Assembly (NCBI GenBank): GCA_036642795.1
Contig: JAVXTH010000003.1
Span: 12,443 to 76,442, forward strand
Direction: 5' to 3'
DNA length: 64,000 bases
Origin: Erysipelotrichaceae bacterium
GTDB taxonomy: Bacteria; Bacillota_I; Bacilli_A; Erysipelotrichales; Erysipelotrichaceae
This document shows, piece by piece, positions 9,204 to 19,403 of this stretch. Made by a program: the position numbers and the translations under genes. The stretch's first letter is position 1. Every line of letters starts with the position of its first letter. The notes beneath the pieces were generated by a model. The model searched no databases and was not told where the DNA came from. It was given only the letters and a program-made list of their open reading frames with translations.

Positions 9204-9739
9204 TGAATAATTGGTGGAATGCCCCTTATATTGAACGACGTTCTTATATAATGGAACATCTTGAAGAGATTGCTCTTAATGGGGAAGAAGCAATGATGAT
9301 TATGTTAATTGATTATTTTAATGAACAAAAAATTAATATTGATCATGTTACGTTAGGTAAAAAATTAAAGAAGAATAATGATGAAATTGATGAATTGCTT
9401 TCAACTCTTTCCACGCGTGGTTATTTACAAGTGTTGTATGAAAATGGTAAAGTAATTTTTAATATTGATGGTATCTTCACAAGTGAAAATACCACGAAAA
9501 CAGCTTTTGATGAATCAATCTTTAATTTATTTGAAAATGAGTTTGCACGTCCTTTAACGCAAAAAGAAATGGAAAGATTATCACAATGGACTTCGCTTTA
9601 TGAGCAGAAAATGATAATTTATGCACTGCGTGAAGCTGTTATTTATAATAAAAAGAGTTTTGATTATATCGAACGAATTTTAATCGATTGGAAAGCAAAG
9701 CATTTAAGTGTTGAGCAAATTGAAAAAGGCGAACGATGA
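9203..9739 (+). CDS. dnaD: DnaD-domain replication initiation/remodelling protein
   Basis: The C-terminal segment FENEFARPLTQKEMERL..W........I.YALREAV....KSF.YIE.IL..W matches the DnaD/DnaB_2 domain. TAATG stop/start overlap and a GGAGGG RBS. Lies upstream of nth as in Bacillus. Confidence 0.7.
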   Translation: MNNWWNAPYIERRSYIMEHLEEIALNGEEAMMIMLIDYFNEQKINIDHVTLGKKLKKNNDEIDELLSTLSTRGYLQVLYENGKVIFNIDGIFTSENTTKTAFDESIFNLFENEFARPLTQKEMERLSQWTSLYEQKMIIYALREAVIYNKKSFDYIERILIDWKAKHLSVEQIEKGER

Positions 9740-10392
9740 TGGATGCCAATGAAATACTCGATCATTTAGAAGTTTTGTTTCCACAAGCACATTGTGCGCT
9801 GCTTCATAAAAATGCATTTGAGTTAATCATCGCTGTTGTTTTATCAGCACAGACAACCGATGAAGCGGTGAATAAAGTAACACCCGCTTTATTTGAAAGA
9901 TTTCCAACACCCCAAATTCTTAGTGAAGCAACCGTGTTAGAAATTGAACCCTATCTAAAAAGAATTGGACTTTATCATAATAAAGCTAGAATGATTCATT
10001 CCTTATCCCAATCCTTAGTTGAACGTTTTTCTGGTGATGTTCCCAGTTCAATGGAAGATTTAACTAGTTTGGCTGGAGTAGGAAGAAAAACTGCCAATGT
10101 TGTACGCAGCGTTTTCTTTGATATTCCATCCTTTGCGGTAGATACCCACGTAGAACGCGTTTCTAAGCGGCTAGGGCTTGCGAAAGTACAAGACAGTGTA
10201 GAAACCGTAGAAAAGAAATGCTGCGCTAAAATCAAGCGAGAACGCTGGAATCGAGCCCATCATCTATTTATATTTTTTGGGCGCTATCAATGCATGGCGC
10301 GCAATCCTATTTGTGAAGATTGTCCATTTATATCTTTTTGTAAGAAGGAAAAATTAGAAAAATACAAGCAACAAAAAAAGAAGCAAGTTTAG
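9736..10392 (+). CDS. nth: Endonuclease III
   Basis: HhH-GPD motif LAGVGRKTANVV, catalytic-Lys region, and a C-terminal C-x6-C-x2-C-x5-C iron-sulfur cluster loop. Confidence 0.9.
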   Translation: MMDANEILDHLEVLFPQAHCALLHKNAFELIIAVVLSAQTTDEAVNKVTPALFERFPTPQILSEATVLEIEPYLKRIGLYHNKARMIHSLSQSLVERFSGDVPSSMEDLTSLAGVGRKTANVVRSVFFDIPSFAVDTHVERVSKRLGLAKVQDSVETVEKKCCAKIKRERWNRAHHLFIFFGRYQCMARNPICEDCPFISFCKKEKLEKYKQQKKKQV

Positions 10393-10426
10393 AGTGATGA
10401 AAATCACAATACTTACTTCTTTTTAA

Positions 10427-13033
10427 TTAATCTTTTTTATCCGGTGGAGTCATTGGATCCGGAGTTGGTTTTTCCTCTGCCTCTGGTTTTGTACCACGCG
10501 TTACACTAGTACAAACTTCATTGCTCTTATTTGTATTGGTGTTCTTATAGGCATAATAACCACAAATCTCAGCCGTTTTTCCATAATCAATTGGAATCAC
10601 TTGTTCAGATTTATCGGAAGATAAGGTATAATCACCAATTTCTTTTCCATCGACGCTGACTCTTGCTTTATACACAATTTCACCATATAAGAAGGCCGGG
10701 TCATAATAAACATTTCCCGTGATGGTTCCACCACTACCCTTAATACTTTGGGTATGAGAAGCTGGTTTTAATTTTTCAGCATTTGGATATGGCGTAAACG
10801 TCAAGACCATGTTATCGCTTGTCTCATCTTTAAAGGTTGCGCTAAATGCTGCTAGTTTATCAATTGGATCTGGTGTTAATGTTTCAAGCTTCGCAAATTT
10901 ACTACGGATTAAGCCACTTGCAATCATATCACTTGGGGTTCCTTCCGGAGGTGTTGCATAAGGGAATTTACCTTTAACATGGGTGATACTAGTTACTCCA
11001 GCTGGTTGTTTTAATGCGGAAGCTGGATGTTTCTTATTTCCATAAGCTAATAATTTCTTACCGATTTGGCCTGGAACATTCACTAACATTTGATTTGTTG
11101 TTACATAAGTATTCGCATTATATTTCGTTGCATCATAATCATAACCAGCCCATGTTGCTACGGTACATGTACTCGTGTAGGCAACAATCCATTTATCACG
11201 CATTGCGAATTTAGGAATACCATATTTTTCACCGGCTTCACCCCAGTCCGATGTACCACTCTTGGCATAGACAGGGAAAGGGTTTTGAAGAATCTGTAAT
11301 AGATTATACCAGTTACCATCGACTGCATCTTTTAATAAAGTCGACATCATATAAGCAGCGTCTTCAGAAATAATATTAACGGGATTGTAATCGGCAACGA
11401 TCGGTTCACGTTTTTTATCTTTAAAGACAATTTTACGAATCGTATGAGGTTTGATATATTGTCCATGATTAGCGAAGATTGAGAAGGCACCCGCCATTTG
11501 CGTTGGGGTAGCCACCATATCGGAACCACCAATACCATAACCTAAACTAAAGTTATTTGCTTCAATGTCACCGGGAGGCTGTTTGCTAATATCGCGGAAG
11601 CCAAGTTTATTCAACATCGAAACAGAATTATTAATTCCATTATCAAGTGCAACTAATTCACTTAAAGCGCTAATTGCTGTTGTGTTTAAGGAACGTGCGA
11701 CTGCTTCTTTTAATTGGACATCGCCCATATAAGAACCATTTGCATTTCGAATAACGAAATTATTCATTCCAGGATAAGCAATTGGAACATCACGTAAGGT
11801 ATGGGAAGTAGCCCAACCTAATTTATCAAAGGCCGGAGCATAATCTAAGATTGGCTTAATACTGGATCCGGTTTGTTTGTAATCATAAGCACGATTGATA
11901 CGCATGTTATCATCACCCGTATAGCCACGTCCTCCACCAATTGCCCATATTTCACCATTTTGATTATCCATAAAGGTAAATCCAGTTTGAAACATTGGGT
12001 CACTTGGGAAAGTGATGCCATCGCCATTGACCATTTCATCACTCAATTGTTGTGCACCATTATCTAACGTGGTGTAAACGGCAACTTCATCGCTGTAAAT
12101 ATTAACGCCATATTCATCTTTAGCTTCTTGGGCAACGGCATCAATAAAGGCTTGATAAGAATCGGTAGCCGATAATTTAAGGCCCGATAAAGCGAAAGCT
12201 AATTTTGTTGATTTTTCTAATTTACATTCTTCTTCTGTGATATATCCATGTTTATACATTAAATCAAGGGTAACATTACGGCGTTGTTCTCCACGCACAT
12301 AATTATCATGACTTATGTAGGGATTGTATCGACCAGGAGCGTTGATAACACCGGCTAAGAATGCTGACTCAGATAAGGTTAACTGTGTCACATCTTTATT
12401 GAAATAGAAGGATGCAGCTTTTTGAATACCACGAGCGGCACCAAAATTAATTTTATTTAAGTACTTTTCAAAGATTTCTTTTTTTGTGAAACGACTTTCT
12501 GAATCCATACTTAACCAAATTTCTTGAACTTTTCGTTTAATTTTCTCAAGTGGATTATTGGTTTGAGCTAATTGATCCACGCGAATGTTATCTACCATTT
12601 GCATTGTTAAGGTTGAACCACCTTGAGATAGAGAACCACTGGATACATTGGATACAGCAGACTTTAGAAAACGCGGTAAGTCAAAACCATTGTGGATGAA
12701 AAAGCGAGAATCTTCAATCGATAGAAAGGCATCAATAACGGATTGTGGAACTTTTTCATAATTGATACTTTCACGTTGCTCTTTACCAATGGAAGTAAAG
12801 ACAACATTTTCATTATCATATAAAGGATTCGAATCGGTTGAATTAAATTCTTTATCACTAATATGACCTGCTTCGTTAATAATACTACCTAAAAGGAAAA
12901 AAGCACAAACACCACCAATTAAAACAAGCGATAAAAAACCAATTACAACATTATTTAATCGCTTCCGTTTATTCTTAGGCTTATTTGTCGTTCCATTTTG
13001 ATTGTTGTTTTTCTTTTCGTTTAGATTTTTCAT
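10427..13033 (-). CDS. ponA: Class A penicillin-binding protein (PBP1A), glycosyltransferase plus transpeptidase, with C-terminal extension
   Basis: N-terminal TM. GT51 motifs EDSRFF, GGSTLTMQ and RKVQE. Transpeptidase motifs SSIKP, SLN and KSGT. About 170 extra C-terminal residues ending in a Pro-rich tail. Confidence 0.9.
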   Translation of the reverse strand: MKNLNEKKNNNQNGTTNKPKNKRKRLNNVVIGFLSLVLIGGVCAFFLLGSIINEAGHISDKEFNSTDSNPLYDNENVVFTSIGKEQRESINYEKVPQSVIDAFLSIEDSRFFIHNGFDLPRFLKSAVSNVSSGSLSQGGSTLTMQMVDNIRVDQLAQTNNPLEKIKRKVQEIWLSMDSESRFTKKEIFEKYLNKINFGAARGIQKAASFYFNKDVTQLTLSESAFLAGVINAPGRYNPYISHDNYVRGEQRRNVTLDLMYKHGYITEEECKLEKSTKLAFALSGLKLSATDSYQAFIDAVAQEAKDEYGVNIYSDEVAVYTTLDNGAQQLSDEMVNGDGITFPSDPMFQTGFTFMDNQNGEIWAIGGGRGYTGDDNMRINRAYDYKQTGSSIKPILDYAPAFDKLGWATSHTLRDVPIAYPGMNNFVIRNANGSYMGDVQLKEAVARSLNTTAISALSELVALDNGINNSVSMLNKLGFRDISKQPPGDIEANNFSLGYGIGGSDMVATPTQMAGAFSIFANHGQYIKPHTIRKIVFKDKKREPIVADYNPVNIISEDAAYMMSTLLKDAVDGNWYNLLQILQNPFPVYAKSGTSDWGEAGEKYGIPKFAMRDKWIVAYTSTCTVATWAGYDYDATKYNANTYVTTNQMLVNVPGQIGKKLLAYGNKKHPASALKQPAGVTSITHVKGKFPYATPPEGTPSDMIASGLIRSKFAKLETLTPDPIDKLAAFSATFKDETSDNMVLTFTPYPNAEKLKPASHTQSIKGSGGTITGNVYYDPAFLYGEIVYKARVSVDGKEIGDYTLSSDKSEQVIPIDYGKTAEICGYYAYKNTNTNKSNEVCTSVTRGTKPEAEEKPTPDPMTPPDKKD

Positions 13034-13081
13034 CGAAGTTATATCTCCATTTTCTTATACATAACACTAACTATATGAAAC

Positions 13082-13657
13082 TTATTGATTAAAATACAAT
13101 TCATCTACAACATCTAAATAACGTAGACGAGGGGTTAATCCTTGTTTAATCAAATGTCCAATGCTTCTTACTTCTTGATACGTGATCGATTTCTTTTTCG
13201 GAAGTCGATACATGGTAATCAAGGGTGCAGCATCAATCAAATAGGTTTCATCAAATTGCGTAAAACGCAAGATTACAAAGGCTATACCACCATGTCGAAG
13301 GATGGCATCTAAATGATTAATTTGATGCTCGTGAATTGCTTTAAATGTAAACGATACTTTTGAATTCGTTTCTTTTGCTTCAAAATCAATTGCTTTACTA
13401 CGGTAAATTCCATTATAATCGGTTGTTGATGCGACTTTGTAATATGCCTCTACAATCTTCGCACAATTACGACTAGGATAATCAACTTTAACTACTTGAA
13501 TCGGAGTTGGCTTTTTATGAATAACAGCTTTATCACAATCTAAATAATAGCCATTCGAATCGTTTAAATCTTTTTCTAAAGACATTCCTCTACCTACATG
13601 TGATATTGGCTTATGCTCTAGTTCTTTATTCATTTTACGATTTGGATACTGTATCAT
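13082..13657 (-). CDS. recU: Holliday junction resolvase RecU
   Basis: MIQYPN start as in B. subtilis RecU, with a GGTGA RBS. Also GMSLEKDLN and DF.A.E motifs, and co-location with ponA. Confidence 0.85.
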   Translation of the reverse strand: MIQYPNRKMNKELEHKPISHVGRGMSLEKDLNDSNGYYLDCDKAVIHKKPTPIQVVKVDYPSRNCAKIVEAYYKVASTTDYNGIYRSKAIDFEAKETNSKVSFTFKAIHEHQINHLDAILRHGGIAFVILRFTQFDETYLIDAAPLITMYRLPKKKSITYQEVRSIGHLIKQGLTPRLRYLDVVDELYFNQ

Positions 13658-13873
13658 ATTTATCACCGATATCATTATATACAATTTTCAATGAGATTTC
13701 TACTATTCTTGCATAACTGTAAGAAAAAAATACGAAGTTTTAAGATTTTTATGAGTAAGAATGGCGAATGAATTAGATTATTGATAATCTAATTAAGAAA
13801 TGCGAAGTAATCAAAATATTACTTGCAATTTCAGTTGATTTTTGAGAAACTAGTTAGGTGGAAGGTGATATTA

Positions 13874-14203
13874 GTGGATAATAAATTCAGATTAAGTGTT
13901 GAAGAGGTTCTAGAAAAGCAATTTAATATTGATTTTAAAGGATATTCTTCTGTAGAAGTCGATGAATTTTTAGATATGATCATTGAAGATTATCAACATT
14001 ATGATGCGACAATTAAAGAATTAGGAAACCATTTACAAAGTTACGAAAAAGAAGTGGCAACTTTAAAGATGAAAATTGTTGAATTAGAAGGTAAAAATTC
14101 AATGCAAAATAATCAGAATGCAACGGTTAATAATCTTGATATTATCAAACGATTATCACGCCTTGAAAATGAGGTATTCCGCAACAAACAAAATAACCAA
14201 TAA
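13874..14203 (+). CDS. gpsB: Cell-cycle protein GpsB (DivIVA-domain)
   Basis: The GTG start after the GGAAGGTGA RBS gives VDNKFRLSVEEVLEKQF...GYSSVEVDEFLDMIIEDY, matching the GpsB N-terminal domain. The upstream part of the track ORF has no support. Confidence 0.8.
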   Translation: MDNKFRLSVEEVLEKQFNIDFKGYSSVEVDEFLDMIIEDYQHYDATIKELGNHLQSYEKEVATLKMKIVELEGKNSMQNNQNATVNNLDIIKRLSRLENEVFRNKQNNQ

Positions 14204-14560
14204 CACACTAGGGCATTCGCTGGCTATTTAACATAGTTAGAGGAAAGTCCATGCTCGCACGATCTGCGATGATCGTAGTGTTTGCGCTGGATGAAGTCAT
14301 AAGTCCAGGAAGGTGAAAACCTGACGGCTGTAGAATATCCTAAAGAATATCCATGGATAAACTCTTTAAAAGTGCCACAGAGACGAGCGTTATCGGAAAC
14401 GATAACGATGGAACGGGTAAACCCCGCAAGCGAGAAACCCAAATTTGGTAGGGGAATCGGATGAAATGAAATGAAATTATCATCTGGACGTGTAATGCGT
14501 AGATAAATGATGCCGCTTTTTGTTTACAAAAAGTACAAAACATGGCTTACATAGTGTGCT
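14204..14560 (+). ncRNA. rnpB: RNase P RNA, type B (Firmicutes)
   Basis: Universal GAGGAAAGUCCAUGCUCGCAC near the 5' end and ACAAAACAUGGCUUACA near the 3' end. P1 pairs CACACUA (14204-14210) with UAGUGUG (14552-14558). Sits after gpsB, as in Bacillus. Confidence 0.9.
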
Positions 14561-14565
14561 AATGG

Positions 14566-14593
14566 GGGAAATCTTAAAGATTTCCCTTTTATT
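14566..14593 (+). terminator. Intrinsic terminator after rnpB
   Basis: 9-bp stem GGGAAATCT/AGATTTCCC followed by TTTTATT. Confidence 0.7.
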
Positions 14594-14657
14594 AATTTAC
14601 TTCCGCGTCAAGTATTGATATAATAAAATAGTATTTGTGTTTCTAACGAGGTGCGAC

Positions 14658-15560
14658 ATGGAAAAAATCGGAGCTTTATTAAAATCTAAAAGATTAGAAG
14701 CTGGTTTAACAATAGCTGAAGTTTCAGCAAAGACAAGATTAACTAGCAGTCATATCAAAGCAATTGAAGAAGGCGATATTTCTTATTTTAGAGATGATCT
14801 ATCTTATCTTCGATATTTTTTACGTTCTTATTGTGATGTACTAGGGGTTAATTTTGATGAAATAAAAGGTGAATTAGTAACTTCAATTGATGATTATACT
14901 TCAACTAATTTAATGAATAAAATAAATGAACATGAACAAGTCGAAAAAAGCATCGCAAAGAAGTCTAGTAATATATCGAAACCAAAAAAGAAAGAAAAAA
15001 GAAAAATTAAGAAAGTTGATTTATCTTTAGTTTCTTTATTTGCGATTGTTGGCGTAGTTATTTTTGCGCTTATTTTTGCTTTTATAACTTATGTTCTTCC
15101 CAATCTTGGCAAGAACGATAAAGATATGGGAGGAGTACCTCCCCAGAGTACCAACACACCAAAACCAGAAGAAGATGTGAAGGATAAAGAAGATAAAGAA
15201 GAAGACAAAAAGCCTATTTCAAATCTTACAATCAAAGAAATCTCACCCGATACTTATGAATTAGAAAACTTAACGGTCGATAGTGAAATTAATATTGAAA
15301 TTACATTTCAAGCAAATTCTTGGTTTGCTATGTATTTAGATAATGTTCCATTAAATGAACCAGTATCTAAAGTTTATAATTTTGAAGAAAAATTAGCTTA
15401 TAAAACAAAAGCGGTTGCAAATCAACAAATTGGCATTCGTTTTGGTTATATGGCCAATCATAAAATATTAGTGAATGGTAGCGAAGTAAAATTGAATCCA
15501 ACGATTACTTCATCCATTAATCCAGCTACGATTACCCTTGTTGTGAAAGGGGCTAACTAA
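14658..15560 (+). CDS. rodZ: RodZ-like cytoskeleton/shape protein (HTH, TM, C-terminal domain)
   Basis: N-terminal XRE-type HTH (LKSKRLEAGLTIAEVSAKTRL), a K-rich linker, a single TM, an E/K/P-rich spacer and a C-terminal beta domain. Sits upstream of pgsA, like ymfM. The ATG at 14658 has a GAGGTG RBS. Confidence 0.7.
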   Translation: MEKIGALLKSKRLEAGLTIAEVSAKTRLTSSHIKAIEEGDISYFRDDLSYLRYFLRSYCDVLGVNFDEIKGELVTSIDDYTSTNLMNKINEHEQVEKSIAKKSSNISKPKKKEKRKIKKVDLSLVSLFAIVGVVIFALIFAFITYVLPNLGKNDKDMGGVPPQSTNTPKPEEDVKDKEDKEEDKKPISNLTIKEISPDTYELENLTVDSEINIEITFQANSWFAMYLDNVPLNEPVSKVYNFEEKLAYKTKAVANQQIGIRFGYMANHKILVNGSEVKLNPTITSSINPATITLVVKGAN

Positions 15561-16153
15561 TGAATTTACCTAATAAAATTTCTGTCTTTCGAATTCTTTT
15601 GGTACCAGTGATTGCGCTTATTTATTTGTTTCCTTATGCGCAATTTGGAATTGAAGTATTGGAATTTGATATATCTTTTGTGACATTGAAATTAACAAAT
15701 ATCATCGTTTTAATCTTATTTGGAATTGCTTCCTTTACGGATTTTCTTGATGGTTATTTAGCGAGAAAAAATAATATGATTACATCATTTGGAAAATTCA
15801 TGGATCCAATTGCAGATAAATTATTAGTTAATACAATGCTAATCTTATTTGCGGCAACCGGAAGAGCTCCGATTGTTGCGGTATTGGTCATGATTTGGCG
15901 TGATGTGATTGTTGATGGTTTACGCATGAATGCCAGTAGCAAAGGCGTTGTGGTTGCTGCAGGGATGATGGGTAAAATAAAAACAGTAGTACAAATGCTA
16001 GCAATTGCAGTTCTTTTAATCAATAACTTACCATTCGAATTATTTCGTTTCCCAATGGGAGATTTCTTAATTTGGTTTGCGATGATGGTTTCTGTTTTAT
16101 CGGGAATTAGTTATTTCTTACAATTAAAGGATGTAATTTTGGAGAGTATGTAA
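15560..16153 (+). CDS. pgsA: CDP-diacylglycerol--glycerol-3-phosphate 3-phosphatidyltransferase
   Basis: CDP-alcohol phosphotransferase motif DFLDGYLARKNNMITSFGKFMDPIADK, and multiple TM helices. Confidence 0.9.
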   Translation: MNLPNKISVFRILLVPVIALIYLFPYAQFGIEVLEFDISFVTLKLTNIIVLILFGIASFTDFLDGYLARKNNMITSFGKFMDPIADKLLVNTMLILFAATGRAPIVAVLVMIWRDVIVDGLRMNASSKGVVVAAGMMGKIKTVVQMLAIAVLLINNLPFELFRFPMGDFLIWFAMMVSVLSGISYFLQLKDVILESM

Positions 16154-16602
16154 TGGAAGAACTCTTGTTATTCTTAAAAAATAAAAATTGGACCATCGGT
16201 AGTTGTGAAAGTTTAACGGCTGGTTTATTTTGTGATAAATTAGCTGAAGTAGCAGGTGCTTCGGCTGTTTTAAAAGGTGGTATTATCACTTACCAAACCG
16301 ATGTTAAAACTAACCTTGTCAAAGTCGATCCACAATGTCTGAAGACTTATGGGGTTGTGAGTGAAGCCTGTGCTAAAGCGATGGCAGTGAATACGAAAGC
16401 TTTATTGAATTGTGATATTTGTGTATCGTTTAGTGGCAATGCAGGTCCGGATACCTTAGAAGGAAAACCAGTTGGCTATGTTTGTTGTGCCATTGCCACA
16501 CCCAAGGATCTAATAAGTTTCACTTTACAATTGAGTGGAAGTCGCAATGAAATTCGTTTAAAAGCAGTGAATGAAATGGTGAAAAGAGTACTTTCATTAT
16601 AA
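16153..16602 (+). CDS. cinA: CinA C-terminal-domain protein (PncC-type nicotinamide-nucleotide amidase), no MoCF domain
   Basis: GSCESLTAGL signature and the GVVSEACAKAMA pattern. Only 149 aa. Immediately upstream of recA. Confidence 0.8.
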   Translation: MEELLLFLKNKNWTIGSCESLTAGLFCDKLAEVAGASAVLKGGIITYQTDVKTNLVKVDPQCLKTYGVVSEACAKAMAVNTKALLNCDICVSFSGNAGPDTLEGKPVGYVCCAIATPKDLISFTLQLSGSRNEIRLKAVNEMVKRVLSL

Positions 16603-16657
16603 AATTAGGAATTAGGAACAATAAAACATATTAGAAGGATGAAGGAGTGTACTTAAA

Positions 16658-17695
16658 ATGGAAGAAAAAGCGATGAGTAAAGCTGAAAAGAATGCATTTG
16701 ATAAAGAAAACTCTAAAAAAGATCAATTATTAGATGATGCAATTAAGCAAATAGAAAAGCAATATGGCAAAGGTTCGATTATGAAACTTGGTGATCGTGC
16801 TGCGGTTGATATCGATGCCATTTCATCAGGCTCGATTAAAATTGATCGTGCTTTAGGAATTGGTGGTTATCCAAAAGGACGAATTATTGAGATTTATGGT
16901 CCGGAATCAAGTGGTAAAACAACGTTAGCACTTCATGCGATTGCTGAAGTTCAAAAGCGTGGTGGCCGCGCTGCTTTCATTGATGCGGAAAATGCGATTG
17001 ATCCTAATTATGCTAAAAATTTAGGTGTTAATATTGAAGAGTTAATCCTTTCACAACCAGATAGTGGGGAACAAGCACTTGAAATAACGGAATTATTAAT
17101 TAAGAGCAATGCAGTTGATTTAGTGGTAATTGACTCGGTAGCTGCTTTAGTTCCTCAAGCTGAATTAGATGGTGAAATGAGCGATGCGCATGTCGGTTTA
17201 CAAGCACGTTTAATGTCAAAAGCTATGCGTAAATTAAGTGGAGTTATGAATCGCAGTGAATGTACTGCTATCTTCATTAACCAATTGCGTGAAAAAGTCG
17301 GTGTTATGTATGGTAGTCCTGAAACGACACCGGGTGGTAGAGCATTAAAATTCTATGCGTCCGTTCGCTTGGATATTCGCCGTTCCGAAGCAATTAAAAA
17401 TGGTACCGATATTGTTGGTAATAAAGTAAATGTAAAAGTTGTAAAGAATAAAGTTGCACCACCATTTAAAGTTGCACCAATTGAAATTATGTATGGTGAA
17501 GGTATTTCATTTTATGGAGAAGTTATTGATCTTGCCGTTGATTATGATATTGTAAATAAGAGTGGAGCATGGTTCTCTTATAAAGGCGATAAAATTGGTC
17601 AAGGAAGAGAAGCAGCCAAAACTTTCTTGAAAGAAAACCCAGTTTTATGTGATGAAATTGTAAAACAAGTTCGCTTAAAATTAGATGAAGCATAA
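16658..17695 (+). CDS. recA: Recombinase RecA
   Basis: GPESSGKTT Walker [14 protein letters not shown] and FINQLREK motifs. Full length. Confidence 0.98.
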   Translation: MEEKAMSKAEKNAFDKENSKKDQLLDDAIKQIEKQYGKGSIMKLGDRAAVDIDAISSGSIKIDRALGIGGYPKGRIIEIYGPESSGKTTLALHAIAEVQKRGGRAAFIDAENAIDPNYAKNLGVNIEELILSQPDSGEQALEITELLIKSNAVDLVVIDSVAALVPQAELDGEMSDAHVGLQARLMSKAMRKLSGVMNRSECTAIFINQLREKVGVMYGSPETTPGGRALKFYASVRLDIRRSEAIKNGTDIVGNKVNVKVVKNKVAPPFKVAPIEIMYGEGISFYGEVIDLAVDYDIVNKSGAWFSYKGDKIGQGREAAKTFLKENPVLCDEIVKQVRLKLDEA

Positions 17696-17706
17696 AGATT
17701 AAAGAG

Positions 17707-17733
17707 AAAACGGTAAAAAAAGCCGTTTTTTTT
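17707..17733 (+). terminator. Intrinsic terminator after recA
   Basis: AAAACGG/CCGTTTT stem followed by a T8 run. Confidence 0.55.
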
Positions 17734-17839
17734 GTAATAATTTAACACATAATCACATAATGATTGCGCTTTCCGTTAAAATTTTGTATTATTAAAGAGG
17801 AATAAATATATTCCATAAAATAGATAGAGGAGGATTATT

Positions 17840-19396
17840 ATGTCACAAGAAATAATTAACATCCTTTTATCTGGCCTGACAGGTCTTGTTTTAGGTATAC
17901 TAGCAATGTTTGTAATATCCAAAGCAGGTTTAAATAAAGATCAACAAAAAGCATCTAATGTTTTAAAACAAGCGGAATTAAAAGCAGAAACGGTTGTTAA
18001 ACAAGCAATATTAGATGGTCGTACCCAAACTCATGAAATGAAAATTGCAGTTGAAAAGGAAATCAAGGAACGCAAAGCAGAAGTTACTGAAAGTGAAAAC
18101 AAACTTTTGCGACGTGAAGATAACTTGAATTTTCGTGATGAAACATTAACTAGCAAAGAAAAACAAATCGAAGTTAAAAGTACGCAGTTGAGCGATAAAA
18201 TGTCTAAGCTAGAACAAAAGGAAAAAGAACTACAAGATAAGATTGATATTCAAGTTGGTGAATTAGAACGTGTTGCCGCTATGTCAACAAGTGAAGCTCG
18301 TGAAGAATTATTTGCGATTACTGAAAAAAGAATGGAATCAGAAACCGTTGCTTATATTAAAGAACGTGAAGAAGAAGCGAAAAGTATGGCAGATGAAAAA
18401 GCTCGTAATATTGTCGCTTTATCGATTCAACGTTTATCTCAAGATGAAGCAATGGAACGTACGGTTTCAGTTGTAACTTTACCAAGTGAAGAAATGAAGG
18501 GCCGTATCATTGGTCGTGAAGGACGAAATATCAAAGCAATTGAACAAGCAACTGGTGTTGATTTAATTATTGATGATACACCGGAAACAATTACGGTTTC
18601 ATGTTTTGATCCAATTCGCCGTGAAATTGCCCGTTTATCTTTAGAGTATTTAATTAAAGATGGTCGTATTCAACCAGGTAGAATTGAAGAAGTTGTCACA
18701 AAATTTAAAAAAGAAATTAATGCGAATATGATGAAAGTAGGAGAAGATACTATTTTCAAATTAGGAATTGGTAAGATTGATCGTGAAATTGTTCAATTAA
18801 TCGGTCGTTTACGTTATCGTTATTCCTATGGTCAAAATGCCTTACAACATAGTATGGAAGTTGCTAATTTATGTGGTATGATGGCTGCTGAATTAGGCTT
18901 AAATCAACAATTAGCAAAACGTGCTGGTTTACTTCATGATATTGGTAAAGCATTAGACTTTGAAGTTGAAGGAAGTCATATTGAATTAGGTTATAAATTC
19001 TGTAAGAAACATGGTGAAAGAGAAGTTGTATTAAATGCAATCCAATGTCACCATGGTGAATGTGAACCAGAATATTTAATCTCTAATTTAGTATGTGCAG
19101 CCGATACGTTAAGTGCGGCACGTCCGGGAGCTCGTTATGAAGCAATGCAGAATTACATCAATCGTCTTGAAGATTTAGAAAAGATTACCAAATCTTTCCA
19201 TGGCGTTGATCAATCTTATGCAATCCAAGCAGGTCGTGAGATTCGTGTTATGGTTGTACCAGATATGTTAAGTGATAATGAATGTCATAAATTAGCTCGT
19301 GATATTCGCGATAAAATAGAAGCAGAACTTACGTACCCTGGACAAATTAAAGTTACTGTAATTCGTGAAACAAGAGCAAATGAATTAGCGAAATAA
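17840..19396 (+). CDS. rny: Ribonuclease Y
   Basis: N-terminal TM, coiled coil, KH domain (GRIIGREGRNI), and HD domain (HSMEVA...LLHDIGK). Confidence 0.95.
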   Translation: MSQEIINILLSGLTGLVLGILAMFVISKAGLNKDQQKASNVLKQAELKAETVVKQAILDGRTQTHEMKIAVEKEIKERKAEVTESENKLLRREDNLNFRDETLTSKEKQIEVKSTQLSDKMSKLEQKEKELQDKIDIQVGELERVAAMSTSEAREELFAITEKRMESETVAYIKEREEEAKSMADEKARNIVALSIQRLSQDEAMERTVSVVTLPSEEMKGRIIGREGRNIKAIEQATGVDLIIDDTPETITVSCFDPIRREIARLSLEYLIKDGRIQPGRIEEVVTKFKKEINANMMKVGEDTIFKLGIGKIDREIVQLIGRLRYRYSYGQNALQHSMEVANLCGMMAAELGLNQQLAKRAGLLHDIGKALDFEVEGSHIELGYKFCKKHGEREVVLNAIQCHHGECEPEYLISNLVCAADTLSAARPGARYEAMQNYINRLEDLEKITKSFHGVDQSYAIQAGREIRVMVVPDMLSDNECHKLARDIRDKIEAELTYPGQIKVTVIRETRANELAK

Positions 19397-19403
19397 AATT
19401 CAA

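Noticed and set aside
14224-14543. Two minus-strand ORFs (72 and 67 aa) in the gpsB-rodZ spacer
   Set aside because: They lie entirely inside the RNase P RNA gene, which has universal conserved sequences on the plus strand. They are chance ORFs.
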